Shown: positions 8,885 to 19,335 of the stretch, piece by piece | How the letters are laid out: each line of letters starts with the position of its first letter | How positions within the stretch are numbered: position 1 is the first letter of the stretch | From: an uncultured Pelagibacteraceae bacterium | Lineage (GTDB): Bacteria > Pseudomonadota > Alphaproteobacteria > Pelagibacterales > AG-422-B15 | DNA: 64,000 nucleotides | Reading direction: 5' to 3' | Assembly (NCBI GenBank): GCA_902544065.1 | Contig: CACCAS010000003.1 | Coordinates: 4,492-68,491 of the forward strand | Notes under the pieces: model-generated | Told to the model about the DNA's origin: nothing | What the model saw: only the letters and a program-made list of their open reading frames with translations | The model's database searches: none | Made by a program: the position numbers and the translations under genes

Positions 8885-10882
8885 CTATATTTTTTTAATT
8901 ACTTGCTTTAATATTTTTTTTGCTGTGAAGCCATAGTAATCATAAAGTTTTTGATAGGGAGCGCTGGCTCCAAAATCTTTCATGCATATATTCACAGTAT
9001 TTCCTCCAGAGATTTCATTCCATCCAAAACTTGAGCCTGCTTCAATTGATATATTTAACTTAGAATTCCCTCTGATCGTTTTTTGATATGTCTTATTTTG
9101 AATTTTAAATAGCTCCATGCAGGGCACTGAAATCACTCTTACATTTTTTTTCTTTTTTTCTAGTAGGCCCATTAGCTGAATCCCTATTTCTACCTCAGAA
9201 CCTGAGGCATAGATTGAAACATCTGGATTTTTAGAGTTACTTTTAATTTCATATGCGCCCTGAGAACTAATATTTTTTGTGTAATATTTCTTTCTAAGCA
9301 AAGGCAGCTTTTGTCTAGTTAAGGCAATAACAGATGGACCTTTTTGATTTGATAAAGCCAATTCCCAAGCTTCAGCTGTTTCAATAACATCAGCAGGCCG
9401 GAATACTTTTACATTTGGTGTTGCCCTCAGAGATGCCAGCTGTTCAATTGGTTGATGAGTAGGGCCATCTTCACCCAAGCCAATTGAATCATGTGTTAAA
9501 ATATAAATAGCCCTCTGTTTCATAAGAGCCGCAAGTCTAAGAGAAGGCTTACAGTAATCTAAAAATATTAAAAATGTTCCTCCAAATGGTATTATGCCCC
9601 TATGTAATGATAAGCCATTCATAATGGCTGCCATTCCATGTTCTCTTATTCCATAATAGATATAATTACCTCGGTAATTTTTTGAATTAATAACATCCAC
9701 TTTGTTACCTTTGGTATTGTTTGAACCGGTAAGATCTGCAGATCCACCAACTAATTCTGGCATGATGGGTGCAATTTGGTTAATCACCATCTCAGAGGCT
9801 TGCCGTGTTGCTATATCAATTGGTTTTTTTATTGAGTTTTTTTTAAACTTGCTTAAAAGCAGATTAACTTTTTTTGGAGTATTTCCACTAATTCTTCTTT
9901 CAAATTCATCTTTTTTCTTTTTGGACAGTTTTTCAAAATCTATTTTCCATTTTTTATATACATCAGTTGATCTCTTGCCAGACTTTTTCCATTCATTTAA
10001 TACATCTGTTGGAACCGCAAAGGGCTTATGGGGCCACTTTAGTTTGGATCTAGTTAAGCTTACTTCTTCTTCCCCAAGTGGACTGCCATGAGAGGAAGAT
10101 TTACCTTGCTTGTTAGGTGAGCCGAATCCAATTTTTGTTTTACAAGAAATTAGAGTAGGTTTTTTTGATTTTTTAGCTTTCGTTATCGCTTTTATAATTT
10201 CATCTTTATTATGCCCATTAATTTTTATTGTGTTCCATCCATAGGCCTTAAAGCGGTCAATTGTATTTTCAGAATTAGAGAGTTTAACAGGTCCGTCAAT
10301 TGAAATTCCATTATCATCAAAAAAAACAATTAGCTTATTTAACTTTAAATGACCCGCAAATGAAGCGACCTCATGAGATATGCCTTCCATCAAGTCACCA
10401 TCACTAGCTATTACGTAAGTATAGTGATCGACAGTCGTATCTCCAAATTGGCTGTTCAGTATTTTTTCAGCTAATGCCATTCCTACAGCATTTCCTATTC
10501 CCTGACCTAGAGGGCCAGTAGTTGTTTCAATACCTTGAGCATGTCCATATTCTGGATGACCTGCACATTTACTATTAAGTTGTCTAAATCTTTTGATATC
10601 CTTTATGGTCATATCACGGTAACCAGTGAGATACAGAAGTGAATACAGAAGCATCGAGCCGTGACCTGCAGATAATACAAATCTATCTCTATCATGCCAC
10701 TTGGGGGTAGCAGAATTAAATTTCAGAAATTTAGTGAAAAGAATAGTGGCAACATCAGCCATTCCCATTGGCAATCCAGGGTGTCCGCTCTTAGCTTTCT
10801 CTACTGCGTCAATCGATAAGAATCTTATGGCATTTGCCATATTCTCGTGAGGGATAGAGGATGAATTTAAGTTTTGAGACAT
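8885..10882 (-). CDS. tkt: Transketolase
   Basis: GHPG, GDGDLMEG, THDSIGLGEDGPTHQPIE motifs; 665 aa. Confidence 0.95.
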   Translation of the reverse strand: MSQNLNSSSIPHENMANAIRFLSIDAVEKAKSGHPGLPMGMADVATILFTKFLKFNSATPKWHDRDRFVLSAGHGSMLLYSLLYLTGYRDMTIKDIKRFRQLNSKCAGHPEYGHAQGIETTTGPLGQGIGNAVGMALAEKILNSQFGDTTVDHYTYVIASDGDLMEGISHEVASFAGHLKLNKLIVFFDDNGISIDGPVKLSNSENTIDRFKAYGWNTIKINGHNKDEIIKAITKAKKSKKPTLISCKTKIGFGSPNKQGKSSSHGSPLGEEEVSLTRSKLKWPHKPFAVPTDVLNEWKKSGKRSTDVYKKWKIDFEKLSKKKKDEFERRISGNTPKKVNLLLSKFKKNSIKKPIDIATRQASEMVINQIAPIMPELVGGSADLTGSNNTKGNKVDVINSKNYRGNYIYYGIREHGMAAIMNGLSLHRGIIPFGGTFLIFLDYCKPSLRLAALMKQRAIYILTHDSIGLGEDGPTHQPIEQLASLRATPNVKVFRPADVIETAEAWELALSNQKGPSVIALTRQKLPLLRKKYYTKNISSQGAYEIKSNSKNPDVSIYASGSEVEIGIQLMGLLEKKKKNVRVISVPCMELFKIQNKTYQKTIRGNSKLNISIEAGSSFGWNEISGGNTVNICMKDFGASAPYQKLYDYYGFTAKKILKQVIKKI

Positions 10883-11046
10883 TTATTTATAATACCAATA
10901 ATGAGACTAATATAAGCAATAAAGTAGAAAGAGTCTTAGATTATAATATCTTATACACAAAAAAAATTTAATTTTTTTTGTGATTTTAAAAGTTGACTGG
11001 GAATAAAAAAGACAGTTAAACTCCCCCTAAAGATTAAGGGTGCGAC

Positions 11047-11310
11047 ATGTCAACATATCAAGATACTAAAGATCAATTCAATAATACCATTGCTAACCTT
11101 GGCAGAGAGGTTGAAAAATTGTCACAAGAAGCAAAAAAAGTTTCGTCTCTTGAAAATGAAAATGCAAAACTTCTAAGTGAAAATAACCACCTTGAAAACG
11201 AAATTAAAATCTTAAAATCTGATTTTCTAGAGCTCAAAAATATTGCCGGAAATATTTCATCTCAGCTTGATGAAAACATTTATACAATTAAAGACATATT
11301 GGATTCATAA
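11047..11310 (+). CDS. Small coiled-coil protein upstream of zapA (ZauP/DUF4164-like position)
   Basis: 87 aa with heptad-rich sequence (LENENAKLLSENNHLENEIKILK). The position immediately 5' of zapA matches other alphaproteobacteria. Confidence 0.55.
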   Translation: MSTYQDTKDQFNNTIANLGREVEKLSQEAKKVSSLENENAKLLSENNHLENEIKILKSDFLELKNIAGNISSQLDENIYTIKDILDS

Positions 11311-11313
11311 TTG

Positions 11314-11676
11314 ATGCCTGAAATAGTTGTAAATATTAATGATCAAGATTATGCGATAGTTTGCGATCCTGGTGAAGAAAATCACCTAAAGCAACTTAGT
11401 TCGCGAATTGACTTTAAAGTCAGAGAATTGACCAAAAGATTTGGAAAAATAGGTGAAACAAGGCTCATGGTAATGGCTTCGTTGCTGATTGCTGATGAGA
11501 TACACGACCTTAATCAAAAATTAAATTCAAATTTGACTAAGATTGAAGAGCTTCAAACAAGTATTAATTCAAAAGAAAAAATTTTAGACCAACAACAAAT
11601 GGAAAGTCAAAAATACATTGAAACTAATAATGAAAAATTAACAGATTTACTATCTAAGCTTTCACAGGCAAGTTAA
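11314..11676 (+). CDS. zapA: Cell division protein ZapA
   Basis: Y.I.C..GEE..L..L......V.......G...E.RL.VMA.L.IADE pattern plus a coiled-coil tail. ATG at 11314 (the track's TTG is at 11311). Confidence 0.8.
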   Translation: MPEIVVNINDQDYAIVCDPGEENHLKQLSSRIDFKVRELTKRFGKIGETRLMVMASLLIADEIHDLNQKLNSNLTKIEELQTSINSKEKILDQQQMESQKYIETNNEKLTDLLSKLSQAS

Positions 11677-11699
11677 GAAATTTCTAATCATTAATATTA

Positions 11700-12275
11700 A
11701 TGATTAATAAAGAGCATCATCTAGAAAAAAAAATATTACGCAAATTTTTAATCAATAGAAGAAAGCACCTATCAAGAGACTATGAAGAAAAAAATATGTC
11801 TCACGTACATTTACGTCCATTATTAAATAATATGAATAGTGATTATGTAGGTTCATATATCGATTATAATTCTGAATTAAGTACTAATGCTATACATAAA
11901 TATCTGATTGAAAAAAATTTAAATATTTGCTTACCTAAAATTGATTATCAAACTAATGAAATTAATTTTTTTAAATATAGTACTGGAACTAAATTAATTA
12001 AAAATAAATATAATATTTTAGAACCTGAGATAACTAATGAAATTATTTTTCCAAAACTAGTCTTAGTGCCTTTACTAGCATTTAATGAAAGTGGTTTTAG
12101 ACTAGGATATGGTGGAGGTTTTTATGATAAATATTTTTCTTTCCAAGAAGAAAAAGAAATTATTAAAGTAGGATTAGGATTTTCTTTTCAAAATGTTTAT
12201 AAAATTCCAATTGAAGGTCATGATCAAAAACTTGATTGGATTTTAACAGAAAGTTATTTATATAAAGTAATATGA
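11700..12275 (+). CDS. 5-formyltetrahydrofolate cyclo-ligase
   Basis: 191 aa; LVPLLAFNESGFRLGYGGGFYD motif; conserved position after zapA. Confidence 0.85.
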   Translation: MINKEHHLEKKILRKFLINRRKHLSRDYEEKNMSHVHLRPLLNNMNSDYVGSYIDYNSELSTNAIHKYLIEKNLNICLPKIDYQTNEINFFKYSTGTKLIKNKYNILEPEITNEIIFPKLVLVPLLAFNESGFRLGYGGGFYDKYFSFQEEKEIIKVGLGFSFQNVYKIPIEGHDQKLDWILTESYLYKVI

Positions 12276-13072
12276 AAATTTTATTCCTAGGGGATGTAAT
12301 GGGTAGATCTGGTAGGCATTCCTTAAGAGATCATCTGCCACAAGCGATTATTGATAATAATATTGATTTCGTAATAGCAAATGGTGAAAACGCTGCAGGT
12401 GGTTTTGGTATTACAGAAAGTATATGTAATGAATTGTATTCTTACGGTGTAAATGTTATTACCACAGGAAATCATTTATGGGATCAAAAAGAAATCACTA
12501 ATTACATCGACAAGGATCAAAATCTATTAAAACCTTATAATTTTGCGGAAGGATCTCCTGGACTAGGCTTTAATATTTATGAGCTAGACAATAAGGAAAA
12601 AATTGCAGTTATTAATATAATGGGCAACTTATTTATGCGCTCCTGTGACAATGCTTTTTTCAAAATCGAGGAGGTATTGCAAAAAATTGATGTAAAAGAT
12701 TTATCATTCATATTTGTAGATTTTCATGCTGAAGCATCGAGTGAGAAGATGGCCATGGGTCATCATCTTGATGGACGTGTCACCGCGGTAGTAGGGACGC
12801 ATACGCACGTTCCAACAGCTGATGCTACTATTATGGAACATGGGACGGCTTATCAAACAGATGCAGGTATGTGTGGTGATTACGACTCTGTAATAGGAAC
12901 GAAAAAACAAGAATTTGTAAGAAAATTTGCAACACAAGACACTGAAAGAAAAAGAGTACCACCTGCCGATGGGGTAGGCACATTATGTGGAGTAATCATA
13001 GAGTCGCAGCATGACAATTTACTTGCTAAAAATATTCAATCAATTCGTATTGGGGGAAAAATAGGGAATTAA
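12272..13072 (+). CDS. YmdB-like metallophosphoesterase (TIGR00282 family)
   Basis: MKILFLGDVMGRSGR, ANGENAAGGFGIT, DFHAEASSEK, GTHTHVPTAD motifs. Confidence 0.88.
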   Translation: MKILFLGDVMGRSGRHSLRDHLPQAIIDNNIDFVIANGENAAGGFGITESICNELYSYGVNVITTGNHLWDQKEITNYIDKDQNLLKPYNFAEGSPGLGFNIYELDNKEKIAVINIMGNLFMRSCDNAFFKIEEVLQKIDVKDLSFIFVDFHAEASSEKMAMGHHLDGRVTAVVGTHTHVPTADATIMEHGTAYQTDAGMCGDYDSVIGTKKQEFVRKFATQDTERKRVPPADGVGTLCGVIIESQHDNLLAKNIQSIRIGGKIGN

Positions 13073-13816
13073 ATGGCGGGTCACTCTAAGTTTAAAAATA
13101 TCCAATACCGAAAAGGTGCGCAAGACAAAAAAAGAGCAGGACTATTTTCTAAGTTATCTAAAGAAATAACTGTTGCAGCAAAGTTAGGTTCTCCAGACCC
13201 TAATCAAAATGCTAGATTGAGATCGGCCATTCAACTTGCAAAGGCATCGAGTTTTCCAAAAGAGAATATTGATCGTGCTATTAAAAAGTCTTTAGAGAAA
13301 GATGCTATTAATTATGACCAGATGAGATATGAAGGATTTGGCCCAGCAGGTACATCTATAATTGTTGAGGCACTGACCGATAATAGAAACAGAACAGCAT
13401 CTAATGTCAGATCAACGTTTCAAAAGTTTGGCGGATCATTAGGTGAAATAGGTTCGGTTTCTCATGCATTTAAACATTATGGTTTTCTGAAATTCAACAA
13501 GGATATTACGACTGAGGATGAGTTTTTTAACTTTTCAATTGAAAATGGCGCTGAAGATTGTTTCTTAGAAGAGGATGAATATGAAACGGTATGCTTACCT
13601 GATGCATTGTCAAAGTTTTATGACTTGTTAGCTACTAAATATGGTGAGCCAGTCTCATCTGGTTTTCAGTGGCGACCAAATATATTAGTTAAAGTTAAAG
13701 GTGATAGGTTGAAATCACTTATAAATCTTATAAACGAGCTTGATAGTGACGAAGATGTTCAGCATATATTTTCAAATTTTGAGGCTAACGATGAAGAATT
13801 AAGCAGAATTGCTTGA
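13073..13816 (+). CDS. yebC: YebC/PmpR family DNA-binding transcriptional regulator
   Basis: MAGHSKFKNIQYRKGAQDKKR N-terminus; 247 aa. Confidence 0.93.
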   Translation: MAGHSKFKNIQYRKGAQDKKRAGLFSKLSKEITVAAKLGSPDPNQNARLRSAIQLAKASSFPKENIDRAIKKSLEKDAINYDQMRYEGFGPAGTSIIVEALTDNRNRTASNVRSTFQKFGGSLGEIGSVSHAFKHYGFLKFNKDITTEDEFFNFSIENGAEDCFLEEDEYETVCLPDALSKFYDLLATKYGEPVSSGFQWRPNILVKVKGDRLKSLINLINELDSDEDVQHIFSNFEANDEELSRIA

Positions 13817-13884
13817 TTAATTAACTTTTAAAATCTTAATATATTAATTAGTCTTTAATGAATTGATAAATTTGATTCGTTTTT

Positions 13885-14268
13885 ATGCCAGGTAGCTCTC
13901 CAAAAAGAAAAGGTGATGGATATGAAAGAGAGTTAGCTAAATATTTTAACGAAAAAGTTTTTGGTGGAGATGATCTCGTACAACGAATGCCGCTGTCTGG
14001 TGGTGGAGCAATAAAATCTTCAGGAGGAAGTGATTTAAAAAATACTCCTTATATTTATGTTGAGGCAAAGAGAACTGAAAAATTTAAAATCCATGAGTCT
14101 GTTAGGCAAGTCGAAGAAAATATTGAAACGTCTAAATCAGACTCATTTCCCGTGGTAATTACCAGAAGAAATAGGGAAACAACTGGTAATTCATTATGTG
14201 TTTTAAGATTAGATGACTTTATGGAACTATATAAAATATTTCTCGAAAGTAAGAAAACAGATACATGA
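13885..14268 (+). CDS. Hjc-like PD-(D/E)xK nuclease (putative Holliday-junction resolvase-type fold)
   Basis: KGDGYERELAKYF ... GGSDL ... YVEAKR gives an E / D / E-x-K arrangement with spacing like archaeal Hjc-type resolvases. 127 aa. It occupies the ruvC position between yebC and tolQ. Confidence 0.5.
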   Translation: MPGSSPKRKGDGYERELAKYFNEKVFGGDDLVQRMPLSGGGAIKSSGGSDLKNTPYIYVEAKRTEKFKIHESVRQVEENIETSKSDSFPVVITRRNRETTGNSLCVLRLDDFMELYKIFLESKKTDT

Positions 14269-14307
14269 TGCCCTATTTAAGACAATTTTTACTTTTAAAT
14301 TAATACC

Positions 14308-15012
14308 ATGGAAAATGAAGCTTTAATAAGTGCAAGTCAAATTAATGATGAGTTCACTTTAATGTCTCTTTTCTTTAGAGCAGATTTAGTAGTGAAATTA
14401 GTAATTTTAATATTATTCGCTTCATCAATATTTTCATGGACAATTATTATTCACAAAATAAGGCTTTTTAGAGCTTTAAAAAAAATCAGTAAACAATTTG
14501 AGGAAGAATTTTGGTCAGGACGTTCCATTAAAGAAATTGCATCTACTACACACCATCTTTCAGAGAGTCCTATAAAGTATGTTTTTCTCGAGGCAGTAGA
14601 TGAAATTGAAAAGTCAAATAAAGATGGCAAAAAAAATATTGAAAGCATTATTGATAGAATTAATAGAATAATGGAAGCTGCAATTGATTATCAAAATGAA
14701 AAACTCTCACTATACTTTAGCTATCTTGCAACTATAGGTGCAACCACACCTTTTATCGGCCTTTTTGGTACCGTTTGGGGAATAATGAATTCTTTTCAGT
14801 CAATTGCAATATCAAGAAATACATCCTTAGCAGTAGTAGCACCAGGAATAGCAGAAGCTCTTTTTGCAACAGCTCTAGGACTCTTAGCGGCAATACCAGC
14901 TGTAATTGCCTATAATATTTTCACAAGTCAGGTGAATGATGAGAACGCCAGAATGTATAGATTTAAAGAGCATTTTAATGTCATTTTCTCAAGAGGGCTT
15001 AGTGCAAAATAA
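14308..15012 (+). CDS. tolQ: Tol-Pal system protein TolQ
   Basis: MotA/TolQ/ExbB motif TIGATTPFIGLFGTVWGIM...APGIAEAL.ATA.GL.AAIPAV.AYN. Confidence 0.93.
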   Translation: MENEALISASQINDEFTLMSLFFRADLVVKLVILILFASSIFSWTIIIHKIRLFRALKKISKQFEEEFWSGRSIKEIASTTHHLSESPIKYVFLEAVDEIEKSNKDGKKNIESIIDRINRIMEAAIDYQNEKLSLYFSYLATIGATTPFIGLFGTVWGIMNSFQSIAISRNTSLAVVAPGIAEALFATALGLLAAIPAVIAYNIFTSQVNDENARMYRFKEHFNVIFSRGLSAK

Positions 15013-15028
15013 ACACAATATTTTTTAG

Positions 15029-15433
15029 GTGACCAGAAACACTCATTCAAAACCTTTTAGCGATATAAATGTTACACCTTTTGTTGATGTAATGTTAGTT
15101 CTACTAATAATTTTTATGGTAACTGCTCCATTATTAACAGTAGGTGTGCAAGTAGATCTTCCTGAGAGTAATGCTGACTCACTTCAGTCTAATGACGAGC
15201 CAATGGAAGTAACAATCAATGAGGCTGGTACAATCTATATTCAAGAAACAGAAATAGCACTGGGTGAATTAATTCCTAAAATAAAGGCAATCACTGATAA
15301 TAGATTAGATACAAAGATATATGTCAGAGGAGATGAAGCAATTGATTACGGAAAAGTGATGAGAGTACTTGGGGAGTTATCTGGATCAGGCTTTTCAAAA
15401 GTTTCTTTAATTACAAAACCTGTAAGTGATTAA
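15029..15433 (+). CDS. tolR: Tol-Pal system protein TolR (GTG start)
   Basis: INVTPFVDVMLVLLIIFMV ExbD/TolR signature; 134 aa. Confidence 0.9.
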   Translation: MTRNTHSKPFSDINVTPFVDVMLVLLIIFMVTAPLLTVGVQVDLPESNADSLQSNDEPMEVTINEAGTIYIQETEIALGELIPKIKAITDNRLDTKIYVRGDEAIDYGKVMRVLGELSGSGFSKVSLITKPVSD

Positions 15434-15449
15434 TTAATGGGACTCAAAT

Positions 15450-16262
15450 ATGAGAATTTCAGTTGTAGGATCAGTATTACTTCACTCATTCATCCTTTTT
15501 TTTACAATAGTTTCACTTCCCTTATTTAATAATAACGAACTTGAGATGCCACCTATCATTCAAGTTGAGCTGATAGAAATCGCAGAAAAAACAAATGTGC
15601 CTCAAATTAGTAAAAAGAAAGAGGATAAAAAACCAGAAAAAGAAAATAAAAAAGAGGAACAAAAATTAAATCAACCAATTCAAAAGCCAAAAGAAGAAAA
15701 ATCAAATGAAAAGGTGAAAGATCCATCTACAGAAGAAAAAATTGAAACTAAAAAGATTGAGGAAAAAATGATTCAAAATATGCCAGTTAAGAAGCCAGAA
15801 ATAAAAAAGAAAGATAAATTTGATCCTCTCAAGCTAGCTGAGTTAATTGATAAGCAAAAAGACACAAAGCAAACAAATCCAGAAGATATTGTTGAAAAGG
15901 ATTATGAAGCTCTTGATTCAACGCCGAGTCTAGATAAACGACTAACTCTAAGTGAGGAAGATGCAATTAGAGCACAATTTATGCAATGTTGGAGTATACC
16001 GCTTGGAATTCCATATGATGAAACTATGATCGTAAAAATTAAAATATTTTTAAATACAGATGGATCACTTTTAAAGCCACCAGAAGTTGTTCAACACGAA
16101 CGGATGAATAAGCCGGGTGAAAAATATTTTAGAACACTCGCAGAGAGTGCTCTTAGGGCAGTAAGACGATGTGACCCAATTAAAGCGCCAGAAGCTGAGC
16201 GCTATGATAATTGGAAAAATTTACAGTTGAATTTTGATCCAAGAGAGATACTAAGAGGTTAA
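15450..16262 (+). CDS. tolA: Tol-Pal system protein TolA
   Basis: N-terminal TM, long Lys/Glu/Pro-rich linker, C-terminal TolA/TonB-like domain; position between tolR and tolB. Confidence 0.8.
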   Translation: MRISVVGSVLLHSFILFFTIVSLPLFNNNELEMPPIIQVELIEIAEKTNVPQISKKKEDKKPEKENKKEEQKLNQPIQKPKEEKSNEKVKDPSTEEKIETKKIEEKMIQNMPVKKPEIKKKDKFDPLKLAELIDKQKDTKQTNPEDIVEKDYEALDSTPSLDKRLTLSEEDAIRAQFMQCWSIPLGIPYDETMIVKIKIFLNTDGSLLKPPEVVQHERMNKPGEKYFRTLAESALRAVRRCDPIKAPEAERYDNWKNLQLNFDPREILRG

Positions 16263-16264
16263 TT

Positions 16265-17587
16265 ATGAGAAAATTATTACTCTACTTAGTTCCTTTAATA
16301 TTATTTACTAATATTTCATATGCGTTAATTGAAATTGATATCACCGAGGGTAATCGAGAACCTCTTCCTCTTGCTATAAGTGAGTTCTTTCACGATAATA
16401 ACCCTGAAGTTGTAAATAAGAAAATAACAGAAAATATTAGAACAGTAATTTCTGATGACCTTGAAAGAAGTGGATTGTTCTCATCAATAGATAATAAGGC
16501 ATTTATTCAAAATAATCGTGCCATGCATTTAAAACCAAGATTTGCGGATTGGAGATTAATAAAAGCTCAAGGGTTGCTTACAGGAGAACTTACCGTTGAA
16601 GAGGATAGGCTAAGAGTAGAATTTCGTTTATGGGATACATTTGCAGAAAAAGAAATAGAGGGATTAGTTCTTATTACAACAATTGATAATTGGAGAAGAA
16701 TTAGTCATATGATCGCAGACAAAATATATGAGAGACTTACAGGTGAGGAAGGTTATTTTGATACAAGGATAGTTTATGTTGCTGAAGAAGGTCCAAAAAA
16801 CAAAAGAATAAAAAAACTAGCAATCATGGATCAAGATGGAGCTAACCATAAATTTTTAACGAGTGGAAAAGAATTAGTATTAACTCCTAGATTTAATCCT
16901 GTAAGACAAGAGATTACATATCTCTCATATTTTAAAAATCTGCCCAGAGTTTACTTATTAAATATACAAACAGGAATACAAGAAGTTGTTGGCGATTTTC
17001 CTGGTATGACCTTTGCACCTCGATTTTCACCAGATGGAGGAAAAATTATTATGAGCTTAGCAAGAGAGGGTAACTCTGACTTGTATGTCATGGATTTAAC
17101 AACTCGCGTCGTTGAGCGACTAACTGACAGTCCAGCAATCGATACATCCCCAAGTTATTCTCCTGATGGTAAGAGGATTACATTTAATTCCGATAGAGGC
17201 GGTTCCCAGCAAATTTATGTAATGGACAGCAATGGAAGAAATCAAAAAAGAATTTCAAAAGAAGGAGGGAACTATGCAACGCCCGTTTGGTCTCCAAGAG
17301 GTGATCTTATTGCTTTTACTAAGTTTTATCAGGGCCAATATTTTATTGGAGTAATGAGAACGGATGGAAGTGGTGAAAGATTGCTAACTGAAAATTGGTA
17401 TCAAGAAGCGCCGTCATGGTCATCGAATGGAAGAGTATTAATATTTTACCGTGAAACAAAAGCAAATGATGCAGGGGATGGTCACTCTTCATCCATATGG
17501 TCTATTGATTTGACTGGGTTTAACGAGAGAAAAATTATTACACCGGTTGATGCATCCGACCCATCTTGGTCAAAATTAATACAATAA
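16265..17587 (+). CDS. tolB: Tol-Pal system beta-propeller protein TolB
   Basis: Signal peptide; repeated P.(F/W)SPDG blades (PRFSPDG, PSYSPDG, PVWSPRG, PSWSSNG). Confidence 0.93.
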   Translation: MRKLLLYLVPLILFTNISYALIEIDITEGNREPLPLAISEFFHDNNPEVVNKKITENIRTVISDDLERSGLFSSIDNKAFIQNNRAMHLKPRFADWRLIKAQGLLTGELTVEEDRLRVEFRLWDTFAEKEIEGLVLITTIDNWRRISHMIADKIYERLTGEEGYFDTRIVYVAEEGPKNKRIKKLAIMDQDGANHKFLTSGKELVLTPRFNPVRQEITYLSYFKNLPRVYLLNIQTGIQEVVGDFPGMTFAPRFSPDGGKIIMSLAREGNSDLYVMDLTTRVVERLTDSPAIDTSPSYSPDGKRITFNSDRGGSQQIYVMDSNGRNQKRISKEGGNYATPVWSPRGDLIAFTKFYQGQYFIGVMRTDGSGERLLTENWYQEAPSWSSNGRVLIFYRETKANDAGDGHSSSIWSIDLTGFNERKIITPVDASDPSWSKLIQ

Positions 17588-17709
17588 GAGCAATTTAGCC
17601 TGGAAATTAGAGCTATTTTAAAGAATATGTAATAACTTTATCCTAGACTTGTGCAATTTAAGTTAATAGAGTACTTACGGCTTTGAAAATATTATGGGAG
17701 TTTATTAAA

Positions 17710-18225
17710 ATGGTTTCAACCCTTCAGAATTATACCAGATATTTGGTAATTATATTATTTGCTTTGTTTTTGGCAGCTTGTGAAACTGTGCCAAAAGAAT
17801 CTGCAACTTCAACATCATCAACATCATCAACTGCAGTAGAAATTAAAGACGGTGTGTATGTTGGATCAGATACTGTTGAAATGTTAGCTATCGATGTTCC
17901 TGACAGAATATTTTTTGCTTACGACAGCTATTCACTTACAATAGCAGCTCAAAACACATTAAAAAAACAGGCTAAATGGCTAAAGGCTAATGGATCAGTT
18001 ACAATAACGATTGAAGGTCATGCTGATGAAAGAGGAACAAGGGAATATAACTTAGCACTAGGAGATCGCAGAGCTAACGCCGCTAAAGACTATTTGATGA
18101 CACAAGGCATAAGTTCTAGCAGGGTTACCACTATCAGTTTTGGCAAGGAAAGACCTGTGAACAGTGGCTCAAACAAAAAAGCGTGGGCACAAAATAGAAG
18201 ATCAGTAACTGTAAGAACAAATTAA
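17710..18225 (+). CDS. pal: Peptidoglycan-associated lipoprotein Pal (OmpA-like)
   Basis: Lipobox LFLAAC; OmpA motif IEGHADERGTREYNLALGDRRA. ATG at 17710 is preceded by gggag (the track's TTG is at 17683). Confidence 0.9.
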   Translation: MVSTLQNYTRYLVIILFALFLAACETVPKESATSTSSTSSTAVEIKDGVYVGSDTVEMLAIDVPDRIFFAYDSYSLTIAAQNTLKKQAKWLKANGSVTITIEGHADERGTREYNLALGDRRANAAKDYLMTQGISSSRVTTISFGKERPVNSGSNKKAWAQNRRSVTVRTN

Positions 18226-18297
18226 ATAGATATTTACTATTTACGTCTTTATTTAGACAAAAGATAAGTCTAGGCTTATAAAAAGATATCTATTTTT

Positions 18298-19335
18298 ATG
18301 ATCAAAAAGATTTGTCTATATTTTTGTTTTACGTTGATTGCTCTTGCATCATTGAATCCATTTCTCTATGCTGAAGAAATTCCATTAGATAAACTTCTTC
18401 AAAAGTTGGAAACAATTGAAAGTAGAATAAAGGTTCTTGAGAAAGCAACTTTTAACAATACAACTTCTGGCCAAGCAAACAATTTGAGCCTTGATGATTA
18501 TCAATCAATTATTACAAAACAATCTATTCAAATAGCAGAACTTCAAAATGAAATTCAATCTCTAACAGCTCAAATTGAAGAAATGACTTTTACAATGCAA
18601 TCTACTGTAAATAATTTTAACACATTCAAAGAAGATGCAGAGTTTAGATTTACTGATTTGAATACTAAAACCGTGAATATAGAAAAAGTTCAAAATAATG
18701 CCGAACCTAAGACTTTAGGCGTAATGCAAAGCGAAATGTTTATAGACAATGAAGATGAATTAGATTTAGAGCCAAAATCACTTGGAACTATAAATATGTC
18801 AAGCTTACCAGAAGAAGAAAATTCACCTTTTGAAGTGAAAATTAATAATGATGGTGAAGAGCAACAAATTATAAATACAATATCGCAAGATAATATTGTA
18901 TCCCTTGGGGAACAACAAACGCCTTTATCAATACTGCCGGAGGGTGATGAAAAAAGTCAGTATGAATATGCCATGAATCTACTAAAGCAAGGTGACTATG
19001 AAACAGCAGAAAAAGCGTTCACGGAATTTATTACTATTGGAGATGATAAAAATTATTTAAGTAATTCACATTTTTGGCTAGCTGAGACTTATTATGTCAG
19101 AGAAAACTTCAAAGATGCTGCTAAAAATTATTTGAATCTCTATCAAACTTTTCCAAATGCAAACAAGGCACCAGATGCTCTTTTGAAATTAGGAATTTCA
19201 TTAGTAAACATGCAACAGAAAGAACAGGGATGTATAACATTTATGCAACTGCAAGAGTCATACCCTGAAGCTAATATTTCAATTATTGATAGAAGCAACT
19301 TAGAAATAAAAAGAAATGGCTGTGAAATTAGTTAA
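18298..19335 (+). CDS. cpoB: Tol-Pal system protein CpoB/YbgF (coiled coil plus TPR)
   Basis: Signal peptide, coiled-coil N-domain, C-terminal TPR block (YEYAMNLLKQGDYETAEKAF...APDALLKLG). Confidence 0.85.
   Translation: MIKKICLYFCFTLIALASLNPFLYAEEIPLDKLLQKLETIESRIKVLEKATFNNTTSGQANNLSLDDYQSIITKQSIQIAELQNEIQSLTAQIEEMTFTMQSTVNNFNTFKEDAEFRFTDLNTKTVNIEKVQNNAEPKTLGVMQSEMFIDNEDELDLEPKSLGTINMSSLPEEENSPFEVKINNDGEEQQIINTISQDNIVSLGEQQTPLSILPEGDEKSQYEYAMNLLKQGDYETAEKAFTEFITIGDDKNYLSNSHFWLAETYYVRENFKDAAKNYLNLYQTFPNANKAPDALLKLGISLVNMQQKEQGCITFMQLQESYPEANISIIDRSNLEIKRNGCEIS

Noticed and set aside
11677-11699. Expected a 6S RNA (ssrS) between zapA and the 5-formyl-THF cyclo-ligase gene, as in the E. coli zapA-ssrS-ygfA arrangement.
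   Set aside because: The gap is only 23 nt and the cyclo-ligase ORF has a plausible full-length N-terminus, so there is no room for a roughly 180-nt RNA here.
18224-18293. 10-bp inverted repeat (aaatagatat / atatctattt) bracketing the whole pal-cpoB intergenic region, with a nested tagac...gtcta hairpin.
   Set aside because: The stems are all A/T-rich and could arise by chance in roughly 30% G+C DNA. No U-tract or conserved motif suggests a function. Noted only as a possible processing or termination site.
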